Below are positions 19,022 to 28,449 of a stretch of 64,000 bases of DNA, piece by piece; within the stretch, counting starts at the first letter, position 1; each line of letters opens with the position of its first letter. The DNA lies in the NCBI GenBank assembly GCA_039177115.1, contig JBCDFZ010000011.1, forward strand, positions 42,386-106,385, given 5' to 3'. The notes under the pieces were generated by a model. The model searched no databases. It worked only from the letters and a program-made list of their open reading frames with translations, and was not told where the DNA came from. A program made the translations under genes and the position numbers. The DNA is from Myxococcota bacterium (lineage in GTDB: Bacteria; Myxococcota_A; Polyangia; Polyangiales; Houyiibacteriaceae).

Positions 19022-20629
19022 ATGACGACATGGACCCGACGTCGATTCTTGGAGTTTCTGCGTAGCTCGTCGCAGGCGCTCGCGGCCGTGAGCCTGGTGC
19101 CGGGGGCGACGGGGTGCACTCGGAAGCCGTCCTCGGCCCCGCTGCCGTCCCTCGCTCCGTCGCGGCTCGACGCCGTCAACCTCGTCGAAGGCCTGAGCTG
19201 GCGCGAGATGATCCGCTTCAACACGCCAATCAACGCGAATGGCGATCGGTTCGGAGTCAACAACGACTACCTCGAGTTGGTTCCAGCCCCGGGACGACCG
19301 CTGACCAAGAGCGCGCTCCTCTGGGTCAACCACGAATACCCGAGCATGCTCGAGCTGCACGGGAGCTACGTGCCGACCCGAACCCGGGAGCAGGTGGATC
19401 TCGAACGGAGAGCCGTGGGCGGCAGTATCCTTCGTATCGAGAACACCGACGCGGGCTGGCAGGTGGTTTACGACGATCCTTACAACCGGCGGGTCAGCGG
19501 CGAGACGCCGATTCCGATGGTGTCCCCCCGCCCGATCGCGGGCAGTGCGACGGCCATCGGCACACTCGCGAACTGTGCCGGGGGCAAGACGCCTTGGAAC
19601 ACGGTGCTCACCTGCGAAGAGAACTACGAGTCTTACTACGGCGAAGTCGAGTTCACCGGCGGCAAGCGCGCGCGACGCGACGGCCCGCTCGGCTGGAGCG
19701 CGCACTACGACCTGCCGCCGGAGCACTACGGCTGGGTGGTGGAGGTGGATCCGACCACCGGTGCATCCAAGAAGCTCACCGCGCTCGGCCGGTTCTCGCA
19801 CGAATGTGCCACCGTGCGCCCCGGCTCTGACGGTCGGTGCGTGGTGTACTCGAGCGACGACCGTCAGGGTGGCTCCCTCTACAAGTTCATCGCTGACCGC
19901 AGGGGCTCGCTCGAAACAGGGACGCTATACGTAGCCAACCTCGACGAAGGCCGGTGGGAGCCGCTCATTCTCGATCGTCCCGAGCTCGAGAACGTGTTCC
20001 GCGACGAGGTCGATCTGCTCGTACAGACCCGCCGAGCGGCGGCGCTCGTTGGCGCCACGCCGCTCGATCGGCCCGAAGACATCGAGATCGACCCTGCTAC
20101 TGGGAACGTGCTCGTCGCGCTCACCAACAACGTCTCGCGCGGCAACTTCCACGGGTCGATCCTCAAGCTGTCGGAGCGCAACGACGATCCTCTCGCGCTC
20201 GAGTTCACCCACGCCTCGCTGCTGATGGGGGGTGACGAAACTGGGCTCTCGTGCCCCGACAACCTCACCTTCGACAGACAGGGCAACCTCTGGATCACCA
20301 CCGACGTGTACGGCGGTTCCCAGCAGGAACCCGAATATGTGCGCTTCGGTCACAACGGTTTGTTCTATGTGCCGATGACTGGGCCCCAGGCCGGGGAGGT
20401 GTTCCGCGTGGCTACCGCCCCGGTGGCGGCGGAATTCACCGGACCCAAGTTCACACCCGACGGCCGAACGCTGCTGCTCGCGGTTCAGCACCCGGGCGAG
20501 ACCACGCGCAGCCCCGACCGCATCACGAGTCACTGGCCGGACGGGGGTGACGCGATGCCCGCGTGTGCGGTGATCGCGCTTTCAGGTCCGCTGCTCGACC
20601 GCCTGGTTGCGAGTGCTGCCAACGCGTGA
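19022..20629 (+). CDS. phoX: PhoX-like/DUF839 exported phosphatase
   Basis: Twin-arginine leader TRRRFLEFL. ANCAGGKTPWNTVLTCEEN and RFSHECA are motifs typical of PhoX/DUF839. Confidence 0.7.
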   Translation: MTTWTRRRFLEFLRSSSQALAAVSLVPGATGCTRKPSSAPLPSLAPSRLDAVNLVEGLSWREMIRFNTPINANGDRFGVNNDYLELVPAPGRPLTKSALLWVNHEYPSMLELHGSYVPTRTREQVDLERRAVGGSILRIENTDAGWQVVYDDPYNRRVSGETPIPMVSPRPIAGSATAIGTLANCAGGKTPWNTVLTCEENYESYYGEVEFTGGKRARRDGPLGWSAHYDLPPEHYGWVVEVDPTTGASKKLTALGRFSHECATVRPGSDGRCVVYSSDDRQGGSLYKFIADRRGSLETGTLYVANLDEGRWEPLILDRPELENVFRDEVDLLVQTRRAAALVGATPLDRPEDIEIDPATGNVLVALTNNVSRGNFHGSILKLSERNDDPLALEFTHASLLMGGDETGLSCPDNLTFDRQGNLWITTDVYGGSQQEPEYVRFGHNGLFYVPMTGPQAGEVFRVATAPVAAEFTGPKFTPDGRTLLLAVQHPGETTRSPDRITSHWPDGGDAMPACAVIALSGPLLDRLVASAANA

Positions 20630-20764
20630 CCGCGGGCCGCGTCGTTCCCCTCGGTGGCACGACTACGAGGCCCATCGCACGAGCCACGGACCGGACCCGC
20701 TTCGATTGACACGCCGCGGCTCCTATGGGAAGCGCCCCGTGGTTCCATTGACAACGACTATCTA

Positions 20765-20966
20765 AGGCAGCGGTTCCCTCGGAGACGAGGGTGAAACGGG
20801 AAGTTCGGGCGACCCTCCAGTGGTCTTGACCGACGCGGCCCCCGCCACTGTATGCGCGTTCTGCACCACACGATCGCCACTGGGAGTCATCCCGGGAAGG
20901 CGTGTGGTTCCGTGATTGGCAGACCTGAGACCTTCACAGCGCGCCAGCCAGGAGACCGGCCCTGCC
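20765..20966 (+). promoter_or_regulatory. cobalamin riboswitch 1
   Basis: ggttccc...gagggtgaaacgggaag...gcggcccccGCCACTGtatg (B12 box at 20844-20850)...gccactggga...cccgggaaggc...gccaggagaccggccctgcc. Lies directly upstream of the CobN-like gene. Confidence 0.8.
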
Positions 20967-21088
20967 TTCAAGATCGTTCTTCGGAGGGAAGACATGCGAT
21001 TTGAATCAGATCCAACCAGGCGTTCGGCCGCAACCCTCAGGCTGCCCGGATGTGTTGAAGGGTGGAAAGAAAGCCCTCGAGCGCCCGC

Positions 21089-24000
21089 ATGAAGGCGCTC
21101 GCTCTTCTGTCCGTCCCGCTGGTGGTGCTCGGTGTCTTCGCAGACGCGCGCGCGGACAAGATCGTCGGCGTGGTCTCCAACCGCTCGGCGTGGGAGACCG
21201 CCGCAGGGGCTGCGCTCTTCCTCGACGAGAACCCGGGCCATACGGTCCTGTTGCGCACGCCGGAGCAGCTCGCGGAGCTGTCGGATTCGCAGGTGCAGTC
21301 GCTCTGGGAAGACGCGGATGCGTTTCTGATGCTCGGTGTCTTCGGGGAGCTCGTCGTCCGCCTCGAGAAACTCCTCGAGGAGCGACCGCCACCACCTCGT
21401 GCCACCGTGTTGGCGCTGAGCGGCGATCCGCGCCTCACGCCGCTGGCACGCCTCGACGGGCAGCGCGTCTTCGAGGGGCTTTCGACTGCGGACCTGCGCG
21501 AGCTGACGTTCGACCTCTCCGCTTCGAAGAATCCTCGCGCGACGCGGCGCAAGCTGGTGACGCGTTTCCCTGCGGCGGCGGACTGGCTCGCGGCAAACGC
21601 CTATCGAGATGCGCGCGGTGTCGAAAACGTGGCCGGTCTCCTCGCTTGGACCGCCGCCCGACATGATGCCAGCGTGAGCGCTTCGCCGCCGCGTCCGCAG
21701 GCCTCCGTGCGCTTCATGGTCGATGGAGAGGTGCGCGCAGCCAATCGTCTCGGCCTCGATCCGGATCGCAAGGTCGTCGTCGTGCTCGACTACGATTCAG
21801 GTGACCGCGCCGGCGACCGCGACGTTCATGATGCGCTCTGCGAATCGCTCGCAGATCACGAACTGGCGTGCGTGAGCATCCTCGCTCGCTGGGGCGAGGC
21901 CAGCGTAGAGGCCCTCGAGTCACTCCCCCAGGCACTCGGACCGGCGACACTTTCGAGCCTGGTCGTACTCCAGGACTTCGTCATTGGAGGAGGGGAGGGA
22001 CGTCTAGCAGCAACCGACGCCCTCCACGCACTTGGGGTGCCGGTGTTCAAAGCGATTCGTATGTCGAACCGGCAGCGTGCCGTTTGGGAGCTGTCCTCCG
22101 ACGGGCTGCCCTGGGACAAGGTCCACAACCGGATCGCGATGCCCGAGCTGCAGGGTCAGAGTCAGCCGCACGTCGTCGCGTCCGCCGGAGCCGCTCGCAC
22201 CGACTCGCGCACGGGAGTTCGGCTCGTGAGCGTGACTCCGCTTCGCGAGGAGATCGATCGCTTCGCGGGTCGGCTGGCTCGCTGGCGCAGCCTCCAAGCG
22301 ATGGGCAACGAGGAAAAACGCGTTGCCGTCGTGTACTACAACCACCCTCCGGGGAGGCACAACATCGGGGCCGACAACCTCGACGTGCCGGAGACGCTGG
22401 TCGAGCTTCTCGGAGTGCTCGATTCCGCGGGCTATCAGATCGACGGGCTCCCTCGCGATGGAGAGGCACTGCTCGCCCAGCTGCAGCAAACGGCGGTCAA
22501 CCTGCCCAACGATGCGCGCGCCCTCGAAACCATGCACGAAACGGGGTTCACCCTTTCCGGTGAAGACTACGGTGCATGGTTCTCGACCTTGCCTGAAACG
22601 GTGCAACGTGACGTAACCTCTGGACCTCTGGCCCGGCTGCAAGCGACGGTCGAGAGCGCGCTCCGTGCTGGTGAAGTCGCGCTCGCCCGCGAGCGCGTGG
22701 ATGCAGCGCTGGGGGACCTCAAACACATGTTGGAGGGCCAACAGCATGAAGCCCGCGATCGCGCGATCGATCTCACCGGGCAGCTTGCAGTCGCTTACGA
22801 TGCGGTCCTATCGGGCGATACCTCGGGCCTCGAACAGGTGCGAGAGCTCACCACCGCGCTGACGCGGACCGGCATCGAGGGGCTTTCAGGTTGGGGAGCG
22901 GCGCCTGGAAACGTGATGTCTTGGGAAGGAGATCTGCTGGTTCCGGGCGTGACGCTCGGCAACGTCTTCCTCGGGCCCCAGCCTCCAAGGGGCTGGGAGG
23001 TGCAGGAAGAGCTTCTCCACGCGAACCTGACGTTTCCGCCGCACCATCAATACCTGGCCTGGTATCACTGGATCCGCGACGTATGGAAAGCAGACGTCGT
23101 GATTCACGTCGGCCGCCACAGCACGGCCGAGTTCCTTCCGGGGAAGCGCACCGGCCTTGGGGGTGACGACTACCCCCAGCTCGTGCTCGGCGACTTGCCC
23201 AACGCCTACCTCTACATCGTCGACGGCGTCGGCGAGGGTATTCAAGCTAAGCGACGCGGCGCGGCCGTGATCATCGATCACCTGACGCCGGCCCTCTCCA
23301 CGACACCGCTCTACGACGAACTCCTTGGGCTGCGTCAGCTCGTCGAGACGTATGAAGCTGCGGAGAACGGGCACAACGAGGTCGGGCAGCAGCGCGCGGT
23401 GGCCGAGATCCGAAAGCTGCTCGTCGAGTCCGGGATGCAAGCAGAGTTCGCGGAGACCTTGTCGGACGAGCTGAACGTTCGCGGTCTTTCGTTCGAAGAG
23501 GTCGATGACGAACTTCTCGTCCACGAGGTTGGGCACTACCTCACCAACCTCCAAGAACGGTTCATGCCGCTCGGCCTTCACGTGTTTGGGCGTGCCTGGA
23601 GCGAAGAGCAGGTCGACACCATGCTCGCAAGCATGTTTGGCGATCGCCCTGCCACCCGGAGTGCGCGCAGGCGCCTCGCGGCGAGTCCGAGGGCGGAAGC
23701 CGACGCGCTGGTGAGCGCGCTGGAAGGCCAGTTCGTGCCTCCGGGCAAGGGCAACGATCCGATTCGAAGCCCCGAAGTACTCCCGACCGGCCGCAATTTC
23801 CACGCGCTTGGTGGCGAGCAGACGCCCACCCGGCTTGCTTGGGGCCTCGGCGAACGGTTGGCGGCTCAAACGTCCGCCGAAGGTGTCAACTCCGACGACG
23901 CCGAAGCGATCGTTCTGTGGGCGAGTGACACCGTCCGCGACGAGGGTGCAATGATCGCGCTTGGGCTCTCTCTGCTCGGTGTGGAACCCGTATGGAACAG

Positions 24001-25351
24001 CCGCGGCGTCGTGCGTGGCATCACCCGCGCCCCCCGAGATGCGGAGCGACACCGTCGAGACGTGACGTTCGTGACGAGCGGCCTCTTCCGGGACCTCTAC
24101 CCGAACCAGCTCGTCTGGCTCGACCGCGCATGGCTGCTGGCACTCGACGCGAGCTCGATGACCATCCGCGACGAGTACCCCGCGCTCGAGGCATCGTTGA
24201 ACTCGGCGCTCTCGCGGTTGGGCGACGAGCTGCGCGCACCCGGCCACGAGCCAATCTCGGTGAACCAGGTGGCTGCCCACTGGGTTCGAGATACAAAGGA
24301 ATCGCTTGCCCGTGGCGAAGACGCGAAAGTAGCCGGGACGCAGGCGTCGCTCCGCGTTTTCGGCAACTCACCCGGTGGCTACGGAGCAGGGCTCAACCGG
24401 CTGGCAGAGCGCAGCGGGGCCTGGGAAACGCGCTCGGAGCTCGCGAAGGCCTGGGCCCGCCGGATGGGCCACGCCTACGGGGCCGGCTTCGACGGCATAC
24501 CCGCTCACGGCGCCTTCGACACGCGGCTTCGGCATACGGAGCACACCTATCTCGGGCGCGCGTCCAACCTTTACGGCCTCTTGGACAACAACGATGCGTT
24601 CGATTACCTCGGCGGGCTGTCGCTTGCCGTCGAACACGCGCGCGGCCGTCCGCCGTCGAGTCGCATCATCAGCCATGCGGATCCGACGGAGCCGAAGATG
24701 GCTCCCCTGCAGACCGAACTCCTCGCCGAACTTCGAGGCCGCGAGCTCAACCCAGCCTGGATCTCAGCGCTCATGGAGCACGGCTATGCCGGGGCGCGCA
24801 CCATGGGGAGCGAGTTCATGGAGAACCTCTGGGGGTGGCAGGTGACCAACCCCGAGATCGTCCGCCCCTGGGTGTGGGAGGAGGTCAAGCGAATCTACAT
24901 CGACGACGGCCACGACCTGGGGCTCGACGAGTTTCTCGAGGAGGGTCAGAACGCGCACGTGAAGGCCAACATGCTCGCCATTCTGTTGGTTGCCGTGCAG
25001 AAGGGCTTCTATGCACCCTCGCCGGAAGACCTGCGCGAACTCGCCACGCGGTTTGCGGAGCTCGTCGTCGAAAACGGCTTGCCCGGAAGCGGTCACACCC
25101 GCCCCGACCACCCCGTGATGGGTCTCGTCAGGTCCAACGTCGACCCGGCGCTGGCCGAAGCCCTCCAGACGACACTCGACGCGTCGCAGGTCGAGCCGGT
25201 CGCCGGCGAGGGCGGCGCCGACCCGACCATCATCGCCGAGGTCGAGGTCGACGCGGCGCCCGAGCGTTCTCCTCGCGAGGGTTGGATCGTGGGTCTCAGC
25301 GTACTTGCGCTGCTCGGCCTCGGCGCGTGGGTTGGCGGGAGGCGCACGTGA
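21089..25351 (+). CDS. CobN/ChlH/HmuS-family chelatase-like protein with signal peptide and C-terminal membrane anchor
   Basis: About 1420 aa. N-terminal MKALALLSVPLVVLGVFADARA. CobN-like core (VVYYNHPPGRHNIGADNLD, IIDHLTP, GKGNDPIRSPEVLPTGRNFH). C-terminal hydrophobic WIVGLSVLALLGLGAWVGG. An alternative GTG start is at 21062. Confidence 0.85.
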   Translation: MKALALLSVPLVVLGVFADARADKIVGVVSNRSAWETAAGAALFLDENPGHTVLLRTPEQLAELSDSQVQSLWEDADAFLMLGVFGELVVRLEKLLEERPPPPRATVLALSGDPRLTPLARLDGQRVFEGLSTADLRELTFDLSASKNPRATRRKLVTRFPAAADWLAANAYRDARGVENVAGLLAWTAARHDASVSASPPRPQASVRFMVDGEVRAANRLGLDPDRKVVVVLDYDSGDRAGDRDVHDALCESLADHELACVSILARWGEASVEALESLPQALGPATLSSLVVLQDFVIGGGEGRLAATDALHALGVPVFKAIRMSNRQRAVWELSSDGLPWDKVHNRIAMPELQGQSQPHVVASAGAARTDSRTGVRLVSVTPLREEIDRFAGRLARWRSLQAMGNEEKRVAVVYYNHPPGRHNIGADNLDVPETLVELLGVLDSAGYQIDGLPRDGEALLAQLQQTAVNLPNDARALETMHETGFTLSGEDYGAWFSTLPETVQRDVTSGPLARLQATVESALRAGEVALARERVDAALGDLKHMLEGQQHEARDRAIDLTGQLAVAYDAVLSGDTSGLEQVRELTTALTRTGIEGLSGWGAAPGNVMSWEGDLLVPGVTLGNVFLGPQPPRGWEVQEELLHANLTFPPHHQYLAWYHWIRDVWKADVVIHVGRHSTAEFLPGKRTGLGGDDYPQLVLGDLPNAYLYIVDGVGEGIQAKRRGAAVIIDHLTPALSTTPLYDELLGLRQLVETYEAAENGHNEVGQQRAVAEIRKLLVESGMQAEFAETLSDELNVRGLSFEEVDDELLVHEVGHYLTNLQERFMPLGLHVFGRAWSEEQVDTMLASMFGDRPATRSARRRLAASPRAEADALVSALEGQFVPPGKGNDPIRSPEVLPTGRNFHALGGEQTPTRLAWGLGERLAAQTSAEGVNSDDAEAIVLWASDTVRDEGAMIALGLSLLGVEPVWNSRGVVRGITRAPRDAERHRRDVTFVTSGLFRDLYPNQLVWLDRAWLLALDASSMTIRDEYPALEASLNSALSRLGDELRAPGHEPISVNQVAAHWVRDTKESLARGEDAKVAGTQASLRVFGNSPGGYGAGLNRLAERSGAWETRSELAKAWARRMGHAYGAGFDGIPAHGAFDTRLRHTEHTYLGRASNLYGLLDNNDAFDYLGGLSLAVEHARGRPPSSRIISHADPTEPKMAPLQTELLAELRGRELNPAWISALMEHGYAGARTMGSEFMENLWGWQVTNPEIVRPWVWEEVKRIYIDDGHDLGLDEFLEEGQNAHVKANMLAILLVAVQKGFYAPSPEDLRELATRFAELVVENGLPGSGHTRPDHPVMGLVRSNVDPALAEALQTTLDASQVEPVAGEGGADPTIIAEVEVDAAPERSPREGWIVGLSVLALLGLGAWVGGRRT

Positions 25352-25785
25352 GTGTCACGTCTCTCGTTCGCGTGTTCGTGGACACCCTGTGGACCCCGGT
25401 CCTGCTCGGTTTGGTGGCCACGCTGTTCGTCGCGTTGGTCGATACCGGGGTCGCCGTTGGTGAACGCGTCTGGGGGTTGGCCAAGCTCCGGAGTAGGGGA
25501 GATGCGGCGTACGCGGAGGCCCTCGCGCGGGTACGAATTGGTCGTGCCGACCTGCTCGCCCGGATTGGCCCGATGCTCGGGTTGATGGGCACGCTCATCC
25601 CGCTCGGGCCTGGCCTGGCCGCGTTGGGAGACGGAAACGTTGCCGTCCTTGCGCAGGCGGTGACGGTCGCTTTCGATACCACCGTCCTTGGCCTGCTGGT
25701 CGGCGTGCTTGCGTTCATCGTGAGTCGGCTTCGCCGTCGCTGGTACGAGGCGCTGCTCGACACGCTGGAGGCCGGTGATGCGTGA
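25348..25785 (+). CDS. MotA/TolQ/ExbB-family proton-channel protein
   Basis: GTGA overlap with the CobN-like stop. IGPMLGLMGTLIPLG is typical of ExbB/TolQ. Three TM segments. Confidence 0.8.
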   Translation: MSVTSLVRVFVDTLWTPVLLGLVATLFVALVDTGVAVGERVWGLAKLRSRGDAAYAEALARVRIGRADLLARIGPMLGLMGTLIPLGPGLAALGDGNVAVLAQAVTVAFDTTVLGLLVGVLAFIVSRLRRRWYEALLDTLEAGDA

Positions 25786-26065
25786 CCGCTTTCGCAGTCG
25801 CTTCGACCCCGACTCCGATCCGATGGCGGTCATGGGCAACCTGGTCGACGTCATGTTGGTGTTCGCCTGCGGCCTGATTGCCGCGCTCCTTGCAAGCAGC
25901 CCCGAGCTGACGCGCAGCCTCCATCCCGACGTTCAGGACATCACCAAGGGCCGCGAGCTGCCGCGTCTGCCCGACGCGGCGGAAGAAGGCGGCGCAGGCT
26001 TGGAGAGCGTTGGGCGAGTCTACCGAGACCCCGAGACGGGTAAGCTCATCTTGATCGGCGATTGA
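25775..26065 (+). CDS. DUF2149-like small membrane protein (ExbD-position partner)
   Basis: 96 aa with an 11-bp overlap with the ExbB-like gene. Single TM: MGNLVDVMLVFACGLIAALL. The family name is recalled, not searched. Confidence 0.5.
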   Translation: MMRDRFRSRFDPDSDPMAVMGNLVDVMLVFACGLIAALLASSPELTRSLHPDVQDITKGRELPRLPDAAEEGGAGLESVGRVYRDPETGKLILIGD

Positions 26066-26074
26066 CGTCTTCTT

Positions 26075-26236
26075 GGCTATCGTTCATGGTCGGCCGCGTT
26101 GGGATAGGGAAGTCGGTGAGACGCCGGCGCGGACCCGCCACGGTATGTGACTGAACGTTGCGTCGTTGTGCCACTGGGCTGAAATCGCCTGGGAAGGGGA
26201 CGGAACCTGGGGTCACGAGCCCGGAAACCTGCCCGA
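26075..26236 (+). promoter_or_regulatory. cobalamin riboswitch 2
   Basis: gggaagtcggtgagacgccggcgcggacccGCCACGGtatgtga...gccactgggc...cctgggaagg...gagcccggaaacctgccc. Upstream of the TonB-dependent receptor. Confidence 0.85.
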
Positions 26237-26284
26237 CGCAAATCGTGCCTATCACCTCGGGGATGGTGAGAGCCGCGCAGGAAA

Positions 26285-28372
26285 GTGTCTCGCGTTTCCC
26301 GCTCGTCCTTCCGTCCCTCGCCTCGGGACCTTCGTTTGGACAGAGCCAGCCACCGCGTCGAGTTGACACGTCGCGCAAGCCGCGCGCGGGTCGTCGCATT
26401 TGTGGTTCTTTGGCTGGCCGGCCTGGCGCCGGCAGCCGATGGTCTGGCTCAGTACGGGGCGGTCGCCACAGTGGAGCGTGAGATCCCCGCGACGAATACT
26501 CTCGACGCCACTGCGGCGGGAACGGAGGTCAAGGTTGCGGATCGAATCGTCGCGCAAACGATGAACGAGCTTCTTCAGCGGGCCGCAGGCACGCGCGTCG
26601 TACAGTCTGGAGCCCAGGGAGAGCCGTTCTGTTTGAGGCTGCGCGGCGCCCCGTGCGATCAGACGACGGTTCTTTTTGGCGACGCTCCGATTAGCAACCC
26701 GGACACCGGCGCCTTCGACTTGAGTTTGATCCCGCTCGAGGCGGTCGACGGCTTCCAGGTATTCCGCGGCGGTGCGCCCACGTGGATCAGTCAAGGCGCG
26801 ATCGGCGGCGTGCTTCGACTCCTTCCGAGAGAGGTCACCCACAACGTGCTCGGCGCGCGGGTGACTGCCGGGAGTTTCGGGAGCTGGAGAGCCAATCTGT
26901 ATGGAGGCTATGCGGGCGACCGTTTTCAGTTCTTCGGCACCGGCGGAGCGGCAGGCGCAAAGAACGACTTTCCTTTCCGATTCGACAACGGCACGGTTTT
27001 CGATCCAACCGACGATGAAGAAAGGCGACGGCAGAACGCCGATTTCCGCGAAGGGTTCGGTTCGAGCAACATGGTCGTCGAGACCAGCGACAAGAGCCAG
27101 CTTCGACTGGTGTTTCTGGGCGTAGGGCGCGAGCGAGGGCTCCCAGGCGCGGGAGCGCGGCTTGCGCTCCGGGCGAGAGATCAAACCACGCGGTTGATCG
27201 GGTCGGCTTCTTGGACGCAAGAAGACGACGGGGAGTTCCCCTACCGCCTGCAGCTCTTGACCAGCTACGACTACGGCCGGAACCGAGTCGACGACCGATT
27301 CGCGGAGATCGGAACCGGCGGCGGGAGGCTCACCGACGACCGAAACAACAGCATCTTCGCGCGCGCTGCGTCCGAGGTCGAAGTCCAGCGGTGGTTGGAG
27401 CTCACGGCGATCGCGTCCGCGCGCTACTTCTTTCGGAACCCCGACGACGAGCTCGCGAGCATGCCGGAGCGCGACTCCGACCGCCTGACCCTCAGCGGCA
27501 CGATCGAGGCCAACTTCAACGGCCGCATTGGAGATGTCCTGTTCGAGCTTCGGCCGAGCGTGTTGCTCTCCTGGACGCGCACCTTCGTGACCTTCATCGA
27601 TTTGGGCAATGAGCGAGAGAACCAGTCCTCCGACTTCCTGCCGACGTACCGAGTGGGAGGCGCGGTCGCGCCGCTCGAGTGGTTGAGCCTTCGTGGGTCG
27701 GTCAGCAGTGGGTTTCGCCTCCCCAACACGCTTCAGCTGTTCGGAAACCGAAGCACGATCTTGGCGAACCCGGAGCTTCGCCCCGAGAAGTCGCTCGCGT
27801 ACGACGCCGGGATCACGTTGAGAGGACACCGAGAACTGTTGAGCGGATACCTCGCGGTCGGCTACTTCCTCAGCAACGTCGACAATCAGATCCGGTTCCG
27901 CCGGACTTCGCAGTTCACGTTGATCGCGGAGAACATCGAGGGCGCGCGCAACCAGGGCGTCGAGGCCGAGGTCAGAGGGGGCATTTCGCCTCATTTTCTC
28001 ATCACGGGTGAGCTTACGTGGACTCAGGCCCGCGACGACAGCACCGGCAACCAGCTGCCCGGCCAACCCGAACTCGTTGCGTTCGTAAGCCCCGAGGGGC
28101 ATACGCTCGATCTGTCCGAGAGGGTCTCCGACCTGTTGGTGTTCGTGGAGGTCAATCACATCGGCCGGAGCTTTGCAGACCCCGCCAACCTGGTCGTGAT
28201 CGGTGCCCGAACGACCTTCGCCGTAGGTATCGGCGCGCTGTTTTTCGACGGAGCGCTGGGGTTGGGGTTCCGCGCGGATGACCTGTTTGACGTGCGCGGT
28301 CAGGACCTGCTCGGGTTCCCTCTCCCAGGCAGACGCTACAGCGGTCGCGTCACCTACGAGCGCAGTTGGTGA
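26285..28372 (+). CDS. btuB: TonB-dependent receptor, B12-riboswitch controlled (BtuB-like)
   Basis: Plug motifs LLQRAAGTRVVQSG, RLRGA and VFRGGAPTWISQGAIGGVLRLL. C-terminal ...RVTYERSW. The start is uncertain: GTG 26285, TTG 26336 or TTG 26363. Confidence 0.85.
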   Translation: MSRVSRSSFRPSPRDLRLDRASHRVELTRRASRARVVAFVVLWLAGLAPAADGLAQYGAVATVEREIPATNTLDATAAGTEVKVADRIVAQTMNELLQRAAGTRVVQSGAQGEPFCLRLRGAPCDQTTVLFGDAPISNPDTGAFDLSLIPLEAVDGFQVFRGGAPTWISQGAIGGVLRLLPREVTHNVLGARVTAGSFGSWRANLYGGYAGDRFQFFGTGGAAGAKNDFPFRFDNGTVFDPTDDEERRRQNADFREGFGSSNMVVETSDKSQLRLVFLGVGRERGLPGAGARLALRARDQTTRLIGSASWTQEDDGEFPYRLQLLTSYDYGRNRVDDRFAEIGTGGGRLTDDRNNSIFARAASEVEVQRWLELTAIASARYFFRNPDDELASMPERDSDRLTLSGTIEANFNGRIGDVLFELRPSVLLSWTRTFVTFIDLGNERENQSSDFLPTYRVGGAVAPLEWLSLRGSVSSGFRLPNTLQLFGNRSTILANPELRPEKSLAYDAGITLRGHRELLSGYLAVGYFLSNVDNQIRFRRTSQFTLIAENIEGARNQGVEAEVRGGISPHFLITGELTWTQARDDSTGNQLPGQPELVAFVSPEGHTLDLSERVSDLLVFVEVNHIGRSFADPANLVVIGARTTFAVGIGALFFDGALGLGFRADDLFDVRGQDLLGFPLPGRRYSGRVTYERSW

Positions 28373-28449
28373 CGCTTGACTTTGTGGGGCTGGGGCCTAC
28401 CCTCGGCCGGCAGCTTGGGTCGAAAGCCTTGGGGCATCCTGCCCGAAGC

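Noticed and set aside
20762-21664. 300-aa minus-strand ORF covering riboswitch 1 and the CobN-like 5' end
   Set aside because: It overlaps a well-formed cobalamin riboswitch and the signal-peptide region of the CobN-like gene. Its composition is Arg-rich and low-complexity.
22886-24280. 464-aa ORF antisense within the CobN-like gene, plus several other internal ORFs
   Set aside because: It lies inside a 4.2-kb gene with strong family motifs on the plus strand and has no independent signals.
23992-25347. The 5' portion of the 597-aa plus-strand ORF that ends as the ExbB-like gene
   Set aside because: It is an out-of-frame read-through inside CobN and is Arg/Pro-rich. Only the part from GTG 25348 (146 codons, TM-rich, ExbB motifs) looks genuine.
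26252-28159. 635-aa ORF antisense to the TonB-dependent receptor
   Set aside because: It is Arg/Pro/Gly-rich with no recognisable motifs. Long antisense ORFs are a typical artefact in high-GC DNA, and the sense frame has clear TonB-receptor motifs.
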